Shown: positions 47,230-48,276 of the stretch, piece after piece | How the letters are laid out: each line of letters starts with the position of its first letter | How positions within the stretch are numbered: position 1 is the stretch's first letter | Assembly (NCBI GenBank): GCA_022813965.1 | Contig: JALDZS010000005.1 | Coordinates: forward strand, 248,001 to 296,276 | DNA length: 48,276 bases | Reading direction: 5' to 3' | From: Toensbergia leucococca | Taxonomy: Eukaryota | Program-made: the position numbers and the translations under genes | Notes under the pieces: model-generated | Database searches by the model: none | What the model saw: only the letters and a program-made list of their open reading frames with translations | What the model was told of the DNA's origin: nothing

Positions 47230-48178
47230 CATTACTATTACTATTCAGAATTCTAGACTGAAGGCCTAGAATTCTGATGTTTTTTCTGTATATCAATAGA
47301 ACTCAGTGCTAAACCCTTACTTAAATTGTGATCTGAACATCTTCAAATTACCTTAGAAGTTGTGTTAGTATCATGAAATTAGCTGCTTTCACTATCAAAT
47401 CAGATGAATTTAGTAATATTTTTAAATTATCTTCTCTCAGAATCATCTTCTCTTAAATCTTTATTTTTAACTGATTGAATTTAGAGCATATTAGAAGCAC
47501 ATGCATCACTGTCTGCTAATTTAAATTACACTAATAGCTCTTATTCTTTATGCTTAAGATCTCCTTACTATAGAGAAACTTTTCTAGACTGATTTTTTCA
47601 GTCTGTAACTGTATAATCATAAAACTGATAAACTTACTAATTTTGTTATATAAACTTAGTATTTTAAATGTCAGAATAAGAGTAAATTTGTATATAAAAC
47701 AGTCACATGTCTCTGTCACTCATTTTCTCTCTTAATCTTTTATTATCATCTTGTAAGCTGAAGTTTTAACTGCAGCAATGAATATCATGTTAATAATCAG
47801 AATTAAGAGAGAGATCACTCTTCTTTTACTTTACTCTGTGACTTTCTGTTATAAATTATTTTATGTTATTCTATTACTACTAGTGAGTCTATTGTTATAA
47901 CTTACTATTGTACTCACTAGAATTCACTAGAAATCATAGTGAGGTCTAGTATAGTTTACTTACCATAGTTAAATAGTGTTAGGATCAGACTCAGAGTCTA
48001 ATCATAAGAGTATAATTAATAAGAAGACTAAGACTAAGACTAAGAAAGAAAAGTATTTAGATAATGAGTATTTACATACAAATACCCTCAGGTGATAATG
48101 CTAGGCTCAATGCAGCTAGGCATGTGTCAATGCTCTTAGGTCAGTGTTGAGACTTAGTGAGTTAGCTTAGTCATAACA
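47230..48178 (-). mobile_element. Heavily mutated LTR retrotransposon relic (candidate 5' LTR plus truncated internal region)
   Basis: Abrupt shift to AT-rich DNA with no CpG from ~47230 to the window end; 47977-48178 is bounded by TGTTA...TAACA and contains (AAGACT)n and a TATA-like tract. Orientation and superfamily are inferred. Confidence 0.55.
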
Positions 48179-48276
48179 TCACTCCCTCTCACAATTAAGC
48201 AATGCTCTCATTGCTTGTGAGATGTCATTATGCTTCTAACTTTAGTTCATTCTTTTTCTCTATTATCTGTTATGAG

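Noticed and set aside
1..48276. tRNA, rRNA, CRISPR arrays, or stop-codon readthrough (TGA-CTA) peroxisomal extensions
   Set aside because: None recognised by eye; the stop contexts I checked lacked the readthrough motif. A tRNAscan/Infernal run would be needed to exclude small RNAs.

Overview
Gene-dense, intron-containing DNA from a filamentous ascomycete (Pezizomycotina; the taxon is inferred from protein style and short GT-AG introns with CTRAY branch sites). About 19 protein-coding genes can be supported: a partial GxGGAGN-motif small protein, a phosphoglycerate-mutase-like protein, a degenerate alpha/beta hydrolase, a calpain-like protease, CDK1 (cdc28/nimX), an AlkB dioxygenase, an amidase, an uncharacterised zinc-finger-like protein, a 49-aa membrane microprotein missed by the ORF track, a small multi-pass membrane protein, a YqfO/Nif3-like protein, a Dhr2/Prh1 DEAH helicase, a DHA1 MFS transporter, the AcuK/Ert1 transcription factor, riboflavin kinase, a TauD dioxygenase, a GTPBP1/2-like GTPase, a zinc-finger protein and Pkr1. 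The window ends in a CpG-free, AT-rich LTR-retrotransposon relic. I see no clear novel multi-gene system or biosynthetic cluster. The most unusual signals are repeated sharp C/A-rich to G/T-rich strand-skew flips that ignore gene orientation, the microprotein, a start codon created by splicing, and unusual introns. Exon structures were derived by eye and no searches were run.
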